Made by a program: the position numbers and the translations under genes
Assembly (NCBI GenBank): GCA_052390575.1
Contig: JBQTGU010000073.1
Location: 9,742 to 73,741, forward strand
Length of the DNA stretch: 64,000 nucleotides
Direction: 5' to 3'
DNA from: Actinomycetota bacterium
GTDB lineage: Bacteria; Actinomycetota; Acidimicrobiia; IMCC26256; JACDBD01
The notes under the pieces: model-generated
Databases searched by the model: none
What the model saw: the letters and a program-made list of their open reading frames with translations, nothing else
Told to the model about the DNA's origin: nothing
Shown here: positions 35,790 to 44,540 of the stretch, one piece after another
Position numbering within the stretch: the stretch's first letter is position 1
Layout of the letters: each line of letters starts with the position of its first letter

Positions 35790-36763
35790 GGGGAGCCGAT
35801 CACGTCCCTGAGCGCCGCCTCCGGTGGGGCCACTGGTGCCTGCCGGCCGGCGGCGAGGGCCTCCTCGACCGCGGCGCTCACGCGCTCGTCGAGGGAGACG
35901 AGCGTCTCGACCGCGACACCGGCACCGAGGAGGCGGCGGCACTCGTTGAGCACGGGATCGTCGTGATCGCGCCAGCTGTCGCCGCACGGGCGGACTGCGT
36001 CGTGCACGTCGGTACGCCCGGTGGCGTCGTGCGGGAAGAATGTGGTGCTCCCCTCCCATTGCGCGGCGCGGGCTTCGAGGAACCGGGGTCCGCCGCCGGC
36101 TCGGACGAAGTACGTGAGCCGGCCGAGCGCCTCGGCGGTGGCCGCGGGCTGGCGGGCGTCCACCGCCTCGCCGGCGACGCCGTGGACCTCGGCGATGGCA
36201 AGGAGCGAGGCCGCCGACTGGTAGGCGTTCGCTCTCCCGTGCTCCGGCGCGGCGTTGTTCTCGCAGACGAACACGACGGGGAGCTCCCAGAGGCGGGCGA
36301 GGTTGAGGCTCTCGTGGACCGGTCCCTCGCCGAAGGCACCGTCGCCGAAGAAACAGAAGCACACCGAGTCGGCCTCGCGCCGTGCCCCCGCGTACGCGAG
36401 GCCGAGAGCCTGCGACACCCCTCCGCTCACCATCGCGCTCGTATGCAGGATCCCGAGTTCCGGGTCGGCGAGGTGGGTGCTGCCGGCCCGCCCCCGCTGC
36501 GGTCCGAGGTCTCGTCCGAGGACCTCGGCGAACATCACTGCGAGATCGCTGCCGAGCGCGGCGAGATGGGCGTGGTTCCGGTAGGTGGTCGTGACCATGT
36601 CGCCGGCTCGACGATGCACAGCGAGCGCCGCGGCTGTCGACTCCAACCCGATGGAGACGTGGTAGTGACCCCTGATCTCGCGCGCGCTGGCGACCAGCAG
36701 CTCGTCGAACCGGCGCGCCCGCAGGAGCGGCTCGAGCAGAAGGCCGGGTTCGGCAGCGATCAC
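35786..36763 (-). CDS. TPP-dependent dehydrogenase E1 alpha-like subunit (pair 1, divergent)
   Basis: 325 aa. FFGDGAFGEG...VFVCENN TPP motif. Confidence 0.8.
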   Translation of the reverse strand: MIAAEPGLLLEPLLRARRFDELLVASAREIRGHYHVSIGLESTAAALAVHRRAGDMVTTTYRNHAHLAALGSDLAVMFAEVLGRDLGPQRGRAGSTHLADPELGILHTSAMVSGGVSQALGLAYAGARREADSVCFCFFGDGAFGEGPVHESLNLARLWELPVVFVCENNAAPEHGRANAYQSAASLLAIAEVHGVAGEAVDARQPAATAEALGRLTYFVRAGGGPRFLEARAAQWEGSTTFFPHDATGRTDVHDAVRPCGDSWRDHDDPVLNECRRLLGAGVAVETLVSLDERVSAAVEEALAAGRQAPVAPPEAALRDVIGSP

Positions 36764-37719
36764 GTGTCGATGAGCTCTTTCATCGCCAACGCGATGTCAT
36801 CGACGCCGAGCATGTAGTCGTCTTCGAGTGTTGCCGCCGCTGGAACCGGGGTAGGTGGGGACGTCAATCGCCGAACGGGGGCGTCGAGGAGCCAGAACGC
36901 CTGCTCGGCGACTGCGGCGCTGATGCCTGTCGCGACGGAACCGCTCGCGGCCTCGTCGTGCAGGACGAGCAGCTTGGCCGTGCGTGTCACGGAATCGAGC
37001 ACCGGTTCCACGTCGAGAGGCGCGAGGCGCTGGAGGTCGATCACCTCCACCGATGCGCCGGACGTGCCAGCCGCCTCGAGCGCGAGATGCACCAGGCGGC
37101 CGGTGGCGGCGACGGTCAGCTCTGTTCCGCGCTGCACGAGACGGGCTTTCCAGGGTGAGCCGCCGTCGGCGGGGAGGCCGGCCCGGCTGTAAAGCAGCGA
37201 GCGGTCGGCGATCATCACGACCGGATCCGGGTCGTCCAGCGCCGCTTGGACCGCGGCGGCCGCGGCCGCCGGGCTGGCTGGTGCCAGCACCTTGAGCCCC
37301 GGCACCTGCGCCAGCCAGCCGTCGAGGCGCTGAGAGTGCTGGGCACCCCAGCGGGTCCCGGCGCCGCCGATGGTCCACACCGCGAGGGGTACGGCCGCGT
37401 GACCACCGCTCATGTAGTGGATCTTGGCGGCGTGATTGAAGAGCTGGTCCGAGGCTGCGGTCACGAAGTCGACGAACATCAGGTCCACGAAGGGACGCCG
37501 TCCGCCGAGGGCGAGTCCCACCGCGGCGCCCATCACTGCGCCCTCGCTGATGGGAGTGTTGCGTACGCGCTCGGCCCCGAACGTGGTCACGAGGTCCTTG
37601 GTGAGCCCGAACGGTCCACCGGCGGCAACGTCCTCGCCGAGCACTACTACCCGGGGATCGGATTCGAGGGCGTGGGTCAGCGCGCCGCGGGCCCCTTCGA
37701 TGAGAGTGGGACCGTTCAC
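36760..37719 (-). CDS. TPP-dependent dehydrogenase E1 beta subunit (pair 2, AcoB/PdhB-like)
   Basis: 319 aa. NTPISEGAVMGAAVGLALGG. GTGA overlaps on both sides. Confidence 0.9.
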   Translation of the reverse strand: MNGPTLIEGARGALTHALESDPRVVVLGEDVAAGGPFGLTKDLVTTFGAERVRNTPISEGAVMGAAVGLALGGRRPFVDLMFVDFVTAASDQLFNHAAKIHYMSGGHAAVPLAVWTIGGAGTRWGAQHSQRLDGWLAQVPGLKVLAPASPAAAAAAVQAALDDPDPVVMIADRSLLYSRAGLPADGGSPWKARLVQRGTELTVAATGRLVHLALEAAGTSGASVEVIDLQRLAPLDVEPVLDSVTRTAKLLVLHDEAASGSVATGISAAVAEQAFWLLDAPVRRLTSPPTPVPAAATLEDDYMLGVDDIALAMKELIDT

Positions 37720-38663
37720 GGTACCGGCCGGGCGAACACGAGGGCGCGGTCGTCGTCGGGCTGGGCCGCGGGCGTTCCGAGGGCCTGGTCCAACGCCTCT
37801 GCAGCCCGGTCGCGGGTCTCCTCCCGCACTCGTGCGAGGCCGGGTGCGTCAGCGCCCAGCTCCACGAGGCGCTGCTCGACACGCGCGAGTGGGTCGTTCG
37901 CCTGCTCGCCGGTCCGGCGCAGGTCTCCCTCGTAGTGCGGCCGGATGCGAGTGACGTGGCATTCAAGCATCGCCGGGCCCGCGCCGGCGCGAACCGACTC
38001 GAGCAGGCGCCCGGTCGCACCGCGGACGGCGTCGATGTCACTGCCGTCGACCGTCTCACATGCCATGCGGTGCAAGTGTCCGTACTCGATGACTGCATCG
38101 ACGCGCGTGTGCTCCTCACGAGCGCTGAACTCGGCCCAGCCGTTGTTCTCGCACACGAAGAGCACGCGGGCACGCCACAGTGCCGCGAGGTTGAGCGCCT
38201 CGTGGAACACGCCGGTCTGGGCGGCACCGTCCCCGAAGAAAACGACACTCACGGCGCCTGCCGGCAATGCGATCGCGTGGCCGACGGCGATGGGCAGCGT
38301 TCCGCCGACCACCCCGGTGGCCAGGACGGCGCGCTCACTCATGAGGTGCATCGACCCACCTCGTCCCCGGCAGATGCCGTTCTCGCGGCCCGCGAGCTCG
38401 GCCATGAGCTCGACGGGATCCGTGCCGGCGGCGAGGAAGTGACCGTGGGCGCGGTGGGAGCTGTAGACGCGGTCGTCCGACGCGAGCCGCCCGATGACGC
38501 CAACCGCCACCGCCTCGCCGCCGATCGAGAGATGCAGGAGACCGGGGAGCCGGCCGTCAGCGTGCGCTGCCGAGACGATCTCCTCGAAGGCCCGGATCGC
38601 CGCCATGCGCCGGTAAGCGTCGGCGAGCACGGCGGTCTCGCTGGGGCTCGGGTCGCTGGGCAC
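37716..38663 (-). CDS. TPP-dependent dehydrogenase E1 alpha subunit (pair 2, AcoA/PdhA-like)
   Basis: GTG 38663. GRGGSMHL and FFGDGAAQTG...LFVCENN. Confidence 0.85.
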   Translation of the reverse strand: MPSDPSPSETAVLADAYRRMAAIRAFEEIVSAAHADGRLPGLLHLSIGGEAVAVGVIGRLASDDRVYSSHRAHGHFLAAGTDPVELMAELAGRENGICRGRGGSMHLMSERAVLATGVVGGTLPIAVGHAIALPAGAVSVVFFGDGAAQTGVFHEALNLAALWRARVLFVCENNGWAEFSAREEHTRVDAVIEYGHLHRMACETVDGSDIDAVRGATGRLLESVRAGAGPAMLECHVTRIRPHYEGDLRRTGEQANDPLARVEQRLVELGADAPGLARVREETRDRAAEALDQALGTPAAQPDDDRALVFARPVP

Positions 38664-38668
38664 TAGCG

Positions 38669-38689
38669 AAGTGTATATTGCCGACACTT
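38669..38689 (-). promoter_or_regulatory. Inverted repeat AAGTGT-N9-ACACTT overlapping a leaderless-type -10
   Basis: Minus strand reads TACACT, then 6 nt, then GTG 38663. Confidence 0.4.
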
Positions 38690-38712
38690 GTTGGCCGACC
38701 CGAGCGGGCTGG

Positions 38713-39402
38713 TCACGAGGGCGTCGCGACTCGCCCCTCTGTTTCGCGAGCTCCGAACTCCTGGGCGATCCGCTCGCCGGTATGGGCGATGTGCGCCGCA
38801 AGCTCCTTGCGGGCGGTGCGGGTGTCGCCGGCCTCGATCGCCCGCACGATCGCCCAGTGCTCGGCGTTGGCCTCCTTGTTGCGCTCGACACCAGTACCGC
38901 TCCAGCGGTGGAGGTAGCGGCCAACGCGGGCCGAGAGTTGCTCGAGCAGGGCGAGCGTGAAGGTAGCGCCCGAAGGCGCGTAGAGCTTCTGGTGGAACTC
39001 GAGGTTCTTCTGAAGCCACGCCTGGTGCTCAGTGATCTCGTCCATCTCGGTGCAGAGGTCCTTGAGCCGCTCGAAGTCAGACGGCTGGAGCTCGGGGATG
39101 GTGCGCTCCAGCAGATGCGTCTCCAGCAAGGTCCGGATGTCGAGGATCTCGATCACCCGCTCGATGCTGAGGCTGGTGACGACGGTGCGCTGGTGCGCCT
39201 TCGCGCTAACCAGACCTTCCGCTTGGAGCTGCCGGAGGGCCTCACGGATCGGGACCCGCGACACGCCGAAGTGCTTCGCCAGCGCGACCTGGTTCAACTC
39301 CTCGCCGTCGTCGAACTCGCCGGTGAGGATGGCGTCGCGCAGCGCATCGGCGATCTCGTCGGAAGTCGTGCGACGGTCGGTTAGTTCGCGGAGAGGAAGC
39401 AC
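38713..39402 (-). CDS. GntR-family regulator, FadR/FCD subfamily
   Basis: N-terminal wHTH (LNQVALAKHFGVSRVPIREAL) and a helical FCD domain. Confidence 0.9.
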   Translation of the reverse strand: MLPLRELTDRRTTSDEIADALRDAILTGEFDDGEELNQVALAKHFGVSRVPIREALRQLQAEGLVSAKAHQRTVVTSLSIERVIEILDIRTLLETHLLERTIPELQPSDFERLKDLCTEMDEITEHQAWLQKNLEFHQKLYAPSGATFTLALLEQLSARVGRYLHRWSGTGVERNKEANAEHWAIVRAIEAGDTRTARKELAAHIAHTGERIAQEFGARETEGRVATPS

Positions 39403-39442
39403 GTGGGCTGCCTTCCTTTGCTTCGTGAGCCTGCCAGCACCA

Positions 39443-39460
39443 ACTATAGACTGTATTCAC
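39443..39460 (-). promoter_or_regulatory. GTGAATACAGTC motif plus TATAGT -10 upstream of the GntR gene
   Basis: Minus strand reads GTGAATACAGTCTATAGT. Confidence 0.5.
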
Positions 39461-39530
39461 ACGAAGCCAGCGCTTTGGCGCGGACGAACGCCACCACCCG
39501 TCCGTACACTCGGGTGCCTCCCGCGGGTGT

Positions 39531-39543
39531 CGACTGTATACTC
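39531..39543 (+). promoter_or_regulatory. CGACTGTATACTC motif (GTATAC palindrome core, TATACT -10-like)
   Basis: In the GntR/luciferase-like divergent intergenic region. The reverse complement GTATACAGTCG is a 10/11 match to 62829-62839. Confidence 0.45.
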
Positions 39544-39635
39544 TCGCCGCGACGTCCACAGGGGAGGGATCGATGGGCCTGTTGCTTCCGCGGAGAAGGG
39601 GTGAGAGGCCGAGCACCACGCCTACCAACCCCCAC

Positions 39636-40154
39636 ATGCAGCTCGATCAGCAACCCGAGGATGCGACGGTGCGCGAGGAGCTCGCGCGGCGCGTCTTCGC
39701 CCTCGCCGAGGTCGAGGAGCAGCCCAGCGGGATCTCGGTCCCGGGGGCGCGTGCGCTGTGTCTCCGTCGGGCCGCGAACGTTGGCCCTTCGGAAGCCTTC
39801 ATGGTCGACCGCGAGTTCGCCCATCTCCATCCCGAACCCGACATGAGCTTGCACCTGACGCTCCCGGAATACGACGTCGAGCATGCGATCGAGCGCGGGT
39901 GGGCGGAGCTGCACCCTGTTGCCAGGGACGGGATGATCCCGCCGACCGCCGTCATGGTGTTCGCACCGCGCGACGCGGAAGAACTCGAGGTCGTCACCGG
40001 GATCGTCGAGGCGTCGCACAGCTTTGCCCGACCGGTCGAGAAGGCGGCCGGCCCCGGATCGGCACGGCGGTCGAGTTGGTGGACGAGCTTGGCGCTCCTC
40101 GGCTGCGCCTTGGTGACGCCGCCGTCGCTTCCCACCGATCCCACCTGGCGCTAG
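39636..40154 (+). CDS. Luciferase-domain/DUF5519-like protein (second copy in the window; tentative family)
   Basis: REFAHLHPEPDMSLHLTLP...ELHPVA resembles the 9178-9525 product. The C-terminal ~40 aa look non-conserved. Confidence 0.55.
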   Translation: MQLDQQPEDATVREELARRVFALAEVEEQPSGISVPGARALCLRRAANVGPSEAFMVDREFAHLHPEPDMSLHLTLPEYDVEHAIERGWAELHPVARDGMIPPTAVMVFAPRDAEELEVVTGIVEASHSFARPVEKAAGPGSARRSSWWTSLALLGCALVTPPSLPTDPTWR

Positions 40155-40211
40155 GGGGCGCGCGCCCTCTCCTTCTCCTCTCCGGGGCAGCAGTCCGCCT
40201 CCCTCCGCAAT

Positions 40212-40256
40212 ACTGTCGACAGTAGTCTTGACACGGCTCTCGGCTAGTACCAAGAT
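40212..40256 (+). promoter_or_regulatory. Perfect 12-bp palindrome ACTGTCGACAGT next to TTGACA-17-CAAGAT
   Basis: Located upstream of ATG 40302. Confidence 0.45.
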
Positions 40257-40301
40257 CGAACTGCTCCCGGGCCGGGAGCACCCCCTCGACGAGGAGGAAA
40301 G

Positions 40302-40826
40302 ATGGCGACGAAGGCGGAACAAGCCGGATCGGGTGTGGCGGGTCAGGGACCGCCCCCGCCCTACCGGATCTACGACATCGACGCGACGATGTACGACGCG
40401 TCGGGCAACGTCGTGGCCGAGTGGCGTGACGTGCAAGAAGTCTGGCTCGAACCTCCGGCCATCGCGGTTCGTCGCACGCGGGAGCTGCCCGGCGGTAAGA
40501 AGCTGGTCTACGAGGACCGCGGAAAGCTCGGGCCCGACTTCCGGATCAGCGGTGACGACGGCTTCGGTGGCAGCTGGGGCGGTCGCCCGTTCCCCCAGGA
40601 CGGCATCGTCTTCACCGAGGGGAAGGGCTCGAAGGCGTCGTTCGCCATGACGAGCTGGACCGAGACCCCCGGTGAGGAGCACTGCCTCCGCGTGCTCGAC
40701 GTCCATGAGCCGGTCCCGTTCCTCACCGAGGACGAGCTCGCGCCGGGCCGGTACTACGTACGGACGCGTGACCACCTGAGGTCGGCGAGCGACGAGGTGC
40801 CCGACTCGATGAAGCAACCGACGTGA
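40302..40826 (+). CDS. Hypothetical protein (174 aa), no family recognised
   Basis: Strong GAGGAGGAAAG RBS and high GC3. First gene of the oxygenase/hydantoinase operon. Confidence 0.6.
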   Translation: MATKAEQAGSGVAGQGPPPPYRIYDIDATMYDASGNVVAEWRDVQEVWLEPPAIAVRRTRELPGGKKLVYEDRGKLGPDFRISGDDGFGGSWGGRPFPQDGIVFTEGKGSKASFAMTSWTETPGEEHCLRVLDVHEPVPFLTEDELAPGRYYVRTRDHLRSASDEVPDSMKQPT

Positions 40827-40842
40827 TGAGCCCCGCACGTCG

Positions 40843-42012
40843 ATGACGGGATTGGGCGAGCTGCTGGAGAAGATCGGCGTCGATCGCATCGTCGACAATC
40901 GGGTGTACGTCGACGACGACGTCTTCGACGCAGAGGTCGAGCGTATCTTTGATCGTGTGTGGCTATTCGCGTGCCACGAGAGCGAGGTAGCCGACCGAGG
41001 CGACTTCGTGACCATCGACCTCGCCGGGACACCGGTAATCGTGACCCGCGACAGCGAAGGTGGCGTCCGCGCGTTCTGCAATACATGCCGTCATCGCGGG
41101 AGTCTCATCGTCTCGGAGGAGCGCGGTCACTGCAGCACCTTCCGTTGCCCGTACCACTCATGGGTCTACTCGCTAGAAGGCGAGCTGATCCGCATCCCGG
41201 GCGAAGAGGCCTACGACGGCACCGGGTTCCACAAGGAGGACTTCCCCCTTGTGGAGATTCGGTGCGACTCGGTCTTCGGCCTGGTCTTCGTGTCGCTCGC
41301 CGATGACGGTGAGCCGCTGACGAGCTGGCTGGGTCCGGCGATCGTCGACGTCCTCCGGAAGCCACTCGCGCACGGCGAGTACGACGTCTTCGCGAGTCAT
41401 CGCCACGAGCTGCCGGTGAACTGGAAGGTGTTCGCCGAGAACGCCCGCGACGGCTACCACGTGCCCTTCTTGCACCCGTTCTTCCGGCAGCACAGCCCAC
41501 CCCGTACCTACCACCTCTCCGACCACGGCCACGCGGTGCAGCACCTGGGGATGGACCCGGAGGGCATGGACCCGGAGCTGTGGGACCACCTGCGCCGGCA
41601 CCCGCTGCCAGGTCTCGAGGTCGGGGAGGGCTACATCGTCAACATCTTTCCCGACATCGCGATCACGGTGCGCTCGAACGTCGTGTCGATCGACTTCCAG
41701 CGATTCCGCGGGCCGACGGAGATCACGATGGAGAACCGGACCCTGGGCCTGGTCGGCGACACCGAGGAGGTCCGCCGAGCCCGAGCGGTGAGCCAGCGGG
41801 CCTGGTTCTCCGACCCGCTCGAGCAAGAGGACTACCCGATCTTCTTGATTCAGCAGCGAGGCGTCGGCAGTCGCAAGGTGCGCAGCAGTGTGATCGCGCG
41901 GGGAGCGGATGCGATGACCGGCACCCGCGGCGACGACAACCGGCTTCGGCACTTCTGGGTCGAGTGGCGGCGTCTCATGGGTGTCAGCGGGAACTCGCTC
42001 GAGGCGGTCTGA
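40843..42012 (+). CDS. Rieske oxygenase alpha subunit (no adjacent beta subunit)
   Basis: CRHRGSLI...CPYHSW and DGYHVPFLH. Confidence 0.9.
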   Translation: MTGLGELLEKIGVDRIVDNRVYVDDDVFDAEVERIFDRVWLFACHESEVADRGDFVTIDLAGTPVIVTRDSEGGVRAFCNTCRHRGSLIVSEERGHCSTFRCPYHSWVYSLEGELIRIPGEEAYDGTGFHKEDFPLVEIRCDSVFGLVFVSLADDGEPLTSWLGPAIVDVLRKPLAHGEYDVFASHRHELPVNWKVFAENARDGYHVPFLHPFFRQHSPPRTYHLSDHGHAVQHLGMDPEGMDPELWDHLRRHPLPGLEVGEGYIVNIFPDIAITVRSNVVSIDFQRFRGPTEITMENRTLGLVGDTEEVRRARAVSQRAWFSDPLEQEDYPIFLIQQRGVGSRKVRSSVIARGADAMTGTRGDDNRLRHFWVEWRRLMGVSGNSLEAV

Positions 42013-42013
42013 C

Positions 42014-42418
42014 ATGGGCACGATCAAGCCGGGGCCGGCTCCTGCGAAGCAGTGCCCGCTGACCGCTGCACTCGAGCTACTCGGGCGAGCGTGGATGCTC
42101 GAGACGATCCGGGAGCTGCTCGCAGGACCGCGGCATTTCGTCGAACTGCGCCACGCGACGGGGTGCCCCAGCCCGTCCACGTTCACCCGCCGCCTGCGCG
42201 TACTCGAGGCGGAAGGGCTCGTTGCGCGCGAAGTCATCTCGCTGACGCCTCCAAGCGTGCGCTACGAGCTCACCGAGATGGGCTTGGGGCTGACCAGCGC
42301 GCTCACGGAGGTCTCGCGGTGGGCAGAGCGATGGCTCGTGCCCGTTGATGCCAACGAGCAGGGATCCGACCGACCCCGGGTCGGAGTGGCCAACCCCTTG
42401 GTTCTGGAGTCGGCATGA
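42014..42418 (+). CDS. HxlR-family transcriptional regulator
   Basis: CPLTAALELLGRAWMLETIREL...FVELR...RLRVLEAEGLV. ATGA overlap with the next gene. Confidence 0.85.
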   Translation: MGTIKPGPAPAKQCPLTAALELLGRAWMLETIRELLAGPRHFVELRHATGCPSPSTFTRRLRVLEAEGLVAREVISLTPPSVRYELTEMGLGLTSALTEVSRWAERWLVPVDANEQGSDRPRVGVANPLVLESA

Positions 42419-44517
42419 AGCAGCTCACGATCGACGTCGGAGGAACCTTCACCGACCTTCTTGTCCTCGACGAGTCGGGACAGATCGCGAAGTTCAAGGC
42501 CACCACGACGCCCGAAGATCCGACGGAGGGCCTCTTCGACGCGGTCGCAACCGCGGCGGACCACTACGAGGTCACGTCCGAGGTCTTCCTCAGTGAAATC
42601 GAGCGCATCGTCCACGGCACAACGCTGGGCATCAACGTCTTGCTGACCGGGCGGGGCGCCAAAGTCGGGTTCATCACGACCGCGGGCTTCCGAGACGTCC
42701 TCGAGATGCGGCGAGGAATCAAGAACCTGCACGGCTCGATGTTCGACCAGTTCATCGAGCCCTATCGGCCGTTGGTTCCGCGGGCACTACGTCTCGGCGT
42801 CGCCGAGCGAACGCTGTACACGGGGGAGATCGTCATTCCGCTCGCAGAGGACGAGGTGCGCCTGGCGGCACAGGCACTGGTCGCGGAGAGCTGTGAGGCC
42901 ATTGCCATCGGCCTCTTGCACTCCTACGCGAATCCTGCTCACGAGCAGCGCGCCAAGGAGATCGTCCGGGAGGAGGCGCCCGGTGTTCATGTGGTGGCGT
43001 CACACGAGATCCTTCCGGTGTGGCGCGAGTTCGAGCGCTTCTCGTCGACGGTCATCAGCGCGTACATCGGGCCCGCGATCGCTCGTTACCTCGAACAACT
43101 CGATCGCGAGCTGAGAGCGAAGGGCTTCACCGGGGCGCTTCTAATGATGCTGGCCAACGGTCTCGTCCAGGTCGTCGACGAGTGTCTCGACCGCGCGGTC
43201 TATCTGCTGGGCTCCGGGCCCGCGGCCGCCCCCTCGGCGTCCGTGCACGTCGGCAAGACGCATGGCCGCTCCAACCTGCTGTCTGTCGACATGGGCGGCA
43301 CGAGCTTCGACGTCTGCTTGATCAAGAACGGCGAGGTTCCGACGACCACAGAGGCGTGGGTCGGCGAGGAGCGCGTCGCCATCAAGATGGTCGACGTATC
43401 GAGTGTCGGCGCCGGAGGCGGCTCGATCGCATGGGTGGACTCGCTCGGACTCCTCCGGGTGGGGCCCATGAGTGCCGGTGCCGATCCCGGTCCCGCCGCC
43501 TACGGTCGGGGAGACGCTCCGACGGTCACCGACGCCGACCTCGTGCTCGGGTACATCCCGGCCGACTACTTCCTGGGCGGTGCGATAGAGCTCGACGTCG
43601 AGCGGTCAGGCGACGCCCTCGAGCGCATCGGCGGGGAGCTCGGCCTCACGGGGGAGGAACCCGCCCGGGCCGTCTTTGCCACCGTGAACGCCCTCATGGC
43701 AGACCAGATCACGGAGGTCTGCACGAAGCGCGGCCACGACGTCCGTGACTTCACCATGGTGGCCGGCGGGGGAGCCGGCGGCATCCACGCGGCAGCGATC
43801 GCAGCACGCTTGTCGATCCCGGAGATCATCATTCCTCGGGTGTCGGCGCTCATGAGCGCGTTCGGAATGTTCACCATGGATCTCGGCCAGGAGTACGCTC
43901 GCACGCGGTTCCGCGACCTCGGGAACTTCGAGCCCGAGGACGTCGAGGCTGTCTACGCCGGCCTGCGCGACGAAGCCGAGCAGGCCTTCGCGCGCATCGG
44001 TGTGCCGCAGAACGCGCTTCGCTTCCTTGCGACCCTCGACATGCGCTATGTCGGGCAGTTCCACGAGGTCGAGATCGAGCTCCCCGGAGGCGAGGTCACG
44101 CCGGCCACGATCGAGGAGCTCATCCGCCGATTCCACGACCGGTACGAGACCTTGTACGGCTACAAGCTTCCCTGGCAGCCGGTGGAGTTCCTGTCCTTCT
44201 ACCTGAAGGTGACGAGCCCTCGAGCACCGCTGGCACTCGCCACCCACTCCGACTTGAGCCGGAAGGTCGAGGAGGCGCGGCGAGGACGCCGGAGGTGCAT
44301 CTTCGACGAGGGCGAGCTCGATCTGCCCGTGTACGACGGAGATCTGCTCGATGCGGGCCACATCATCGACGGGCCCGCCCTCATCGACGACCCAACGACC
44401 ACCGTGCTCGTCCTCGAGGGGTTCACCTGCGAAGTCGATCCACAGCGAAACCTGGTCTTGCGTGCTCAGCACACCGAGCGCCATGCGCGCGCAGACGCGA
44501 CCGCCGCGGCCACCTGA
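42415..44517 (+). CDS. Hydantoinase/oxoprolinase family protein, A (beta-type) subunit
   Basis: 700 aa. IDVGGTFTD and VDMGGTSFD ATPase motifs. Confidence 0.9.
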   Translation: MKQLTIDVGGTFTDLLVLDESGQIAKFKATTTPEDPTEGLFDAVATAADHYEVTSEVFLSEIERIVHGTTLGINVLLTGRGAKVGFITTAGFRDVLEMRRGIKNLHGSMFDQFIEPYRPLVPRALRLGVAERTLYTGEIVIPLAEDEVRLAAQALVAESCEAIAIGLLHSYANPAHEQRAKEIVREEAPGVHVVASHEILPVWREFERFSSTVISAYIGPAIARYLEQLDRELRAKGFTGALLMMLANGLVQVVDECLDRAVYLLGSGPAAAPSASVHVGKTHGRSNLLSVDMGGTSFDVCLIKNGEVPTTTEAWVGEERVAIKMVDVSSVGAGGGSIAWVDSLGLLRVGPMSAGADPGPAAYGRGDAPTVTDADLVLGYIPADYFLGGAIELDVERSGDALERIGGELGLTGEEPARAVFATVNALMADQITEVCTKRGHDVRDFTMVAGGGAGGIHAAAIAARLSIPEIIIPRVSALMSAFGMFTMDLGQEYARTRFRDLGNFEPEDVEAVYAGLRDEAEQAFARIGVPQNALRFLATLDMRYVGQFHEVEIELPGGEVTPATIEELIRRFHDRYETLYGYKLPWQPVEFLSFYLKVTSPRAPLALATHSDLSRKVEEARRGRRRCIFDEGELDLPVYDGDLLDAGHIIDGPALIDDPTTTVLVLEGFTCEVDPQRNLVLRAQHTERHARADATAAAT

Positions 44518-44540
44518 GCCTCACCGAAGGAGGAGCCACG

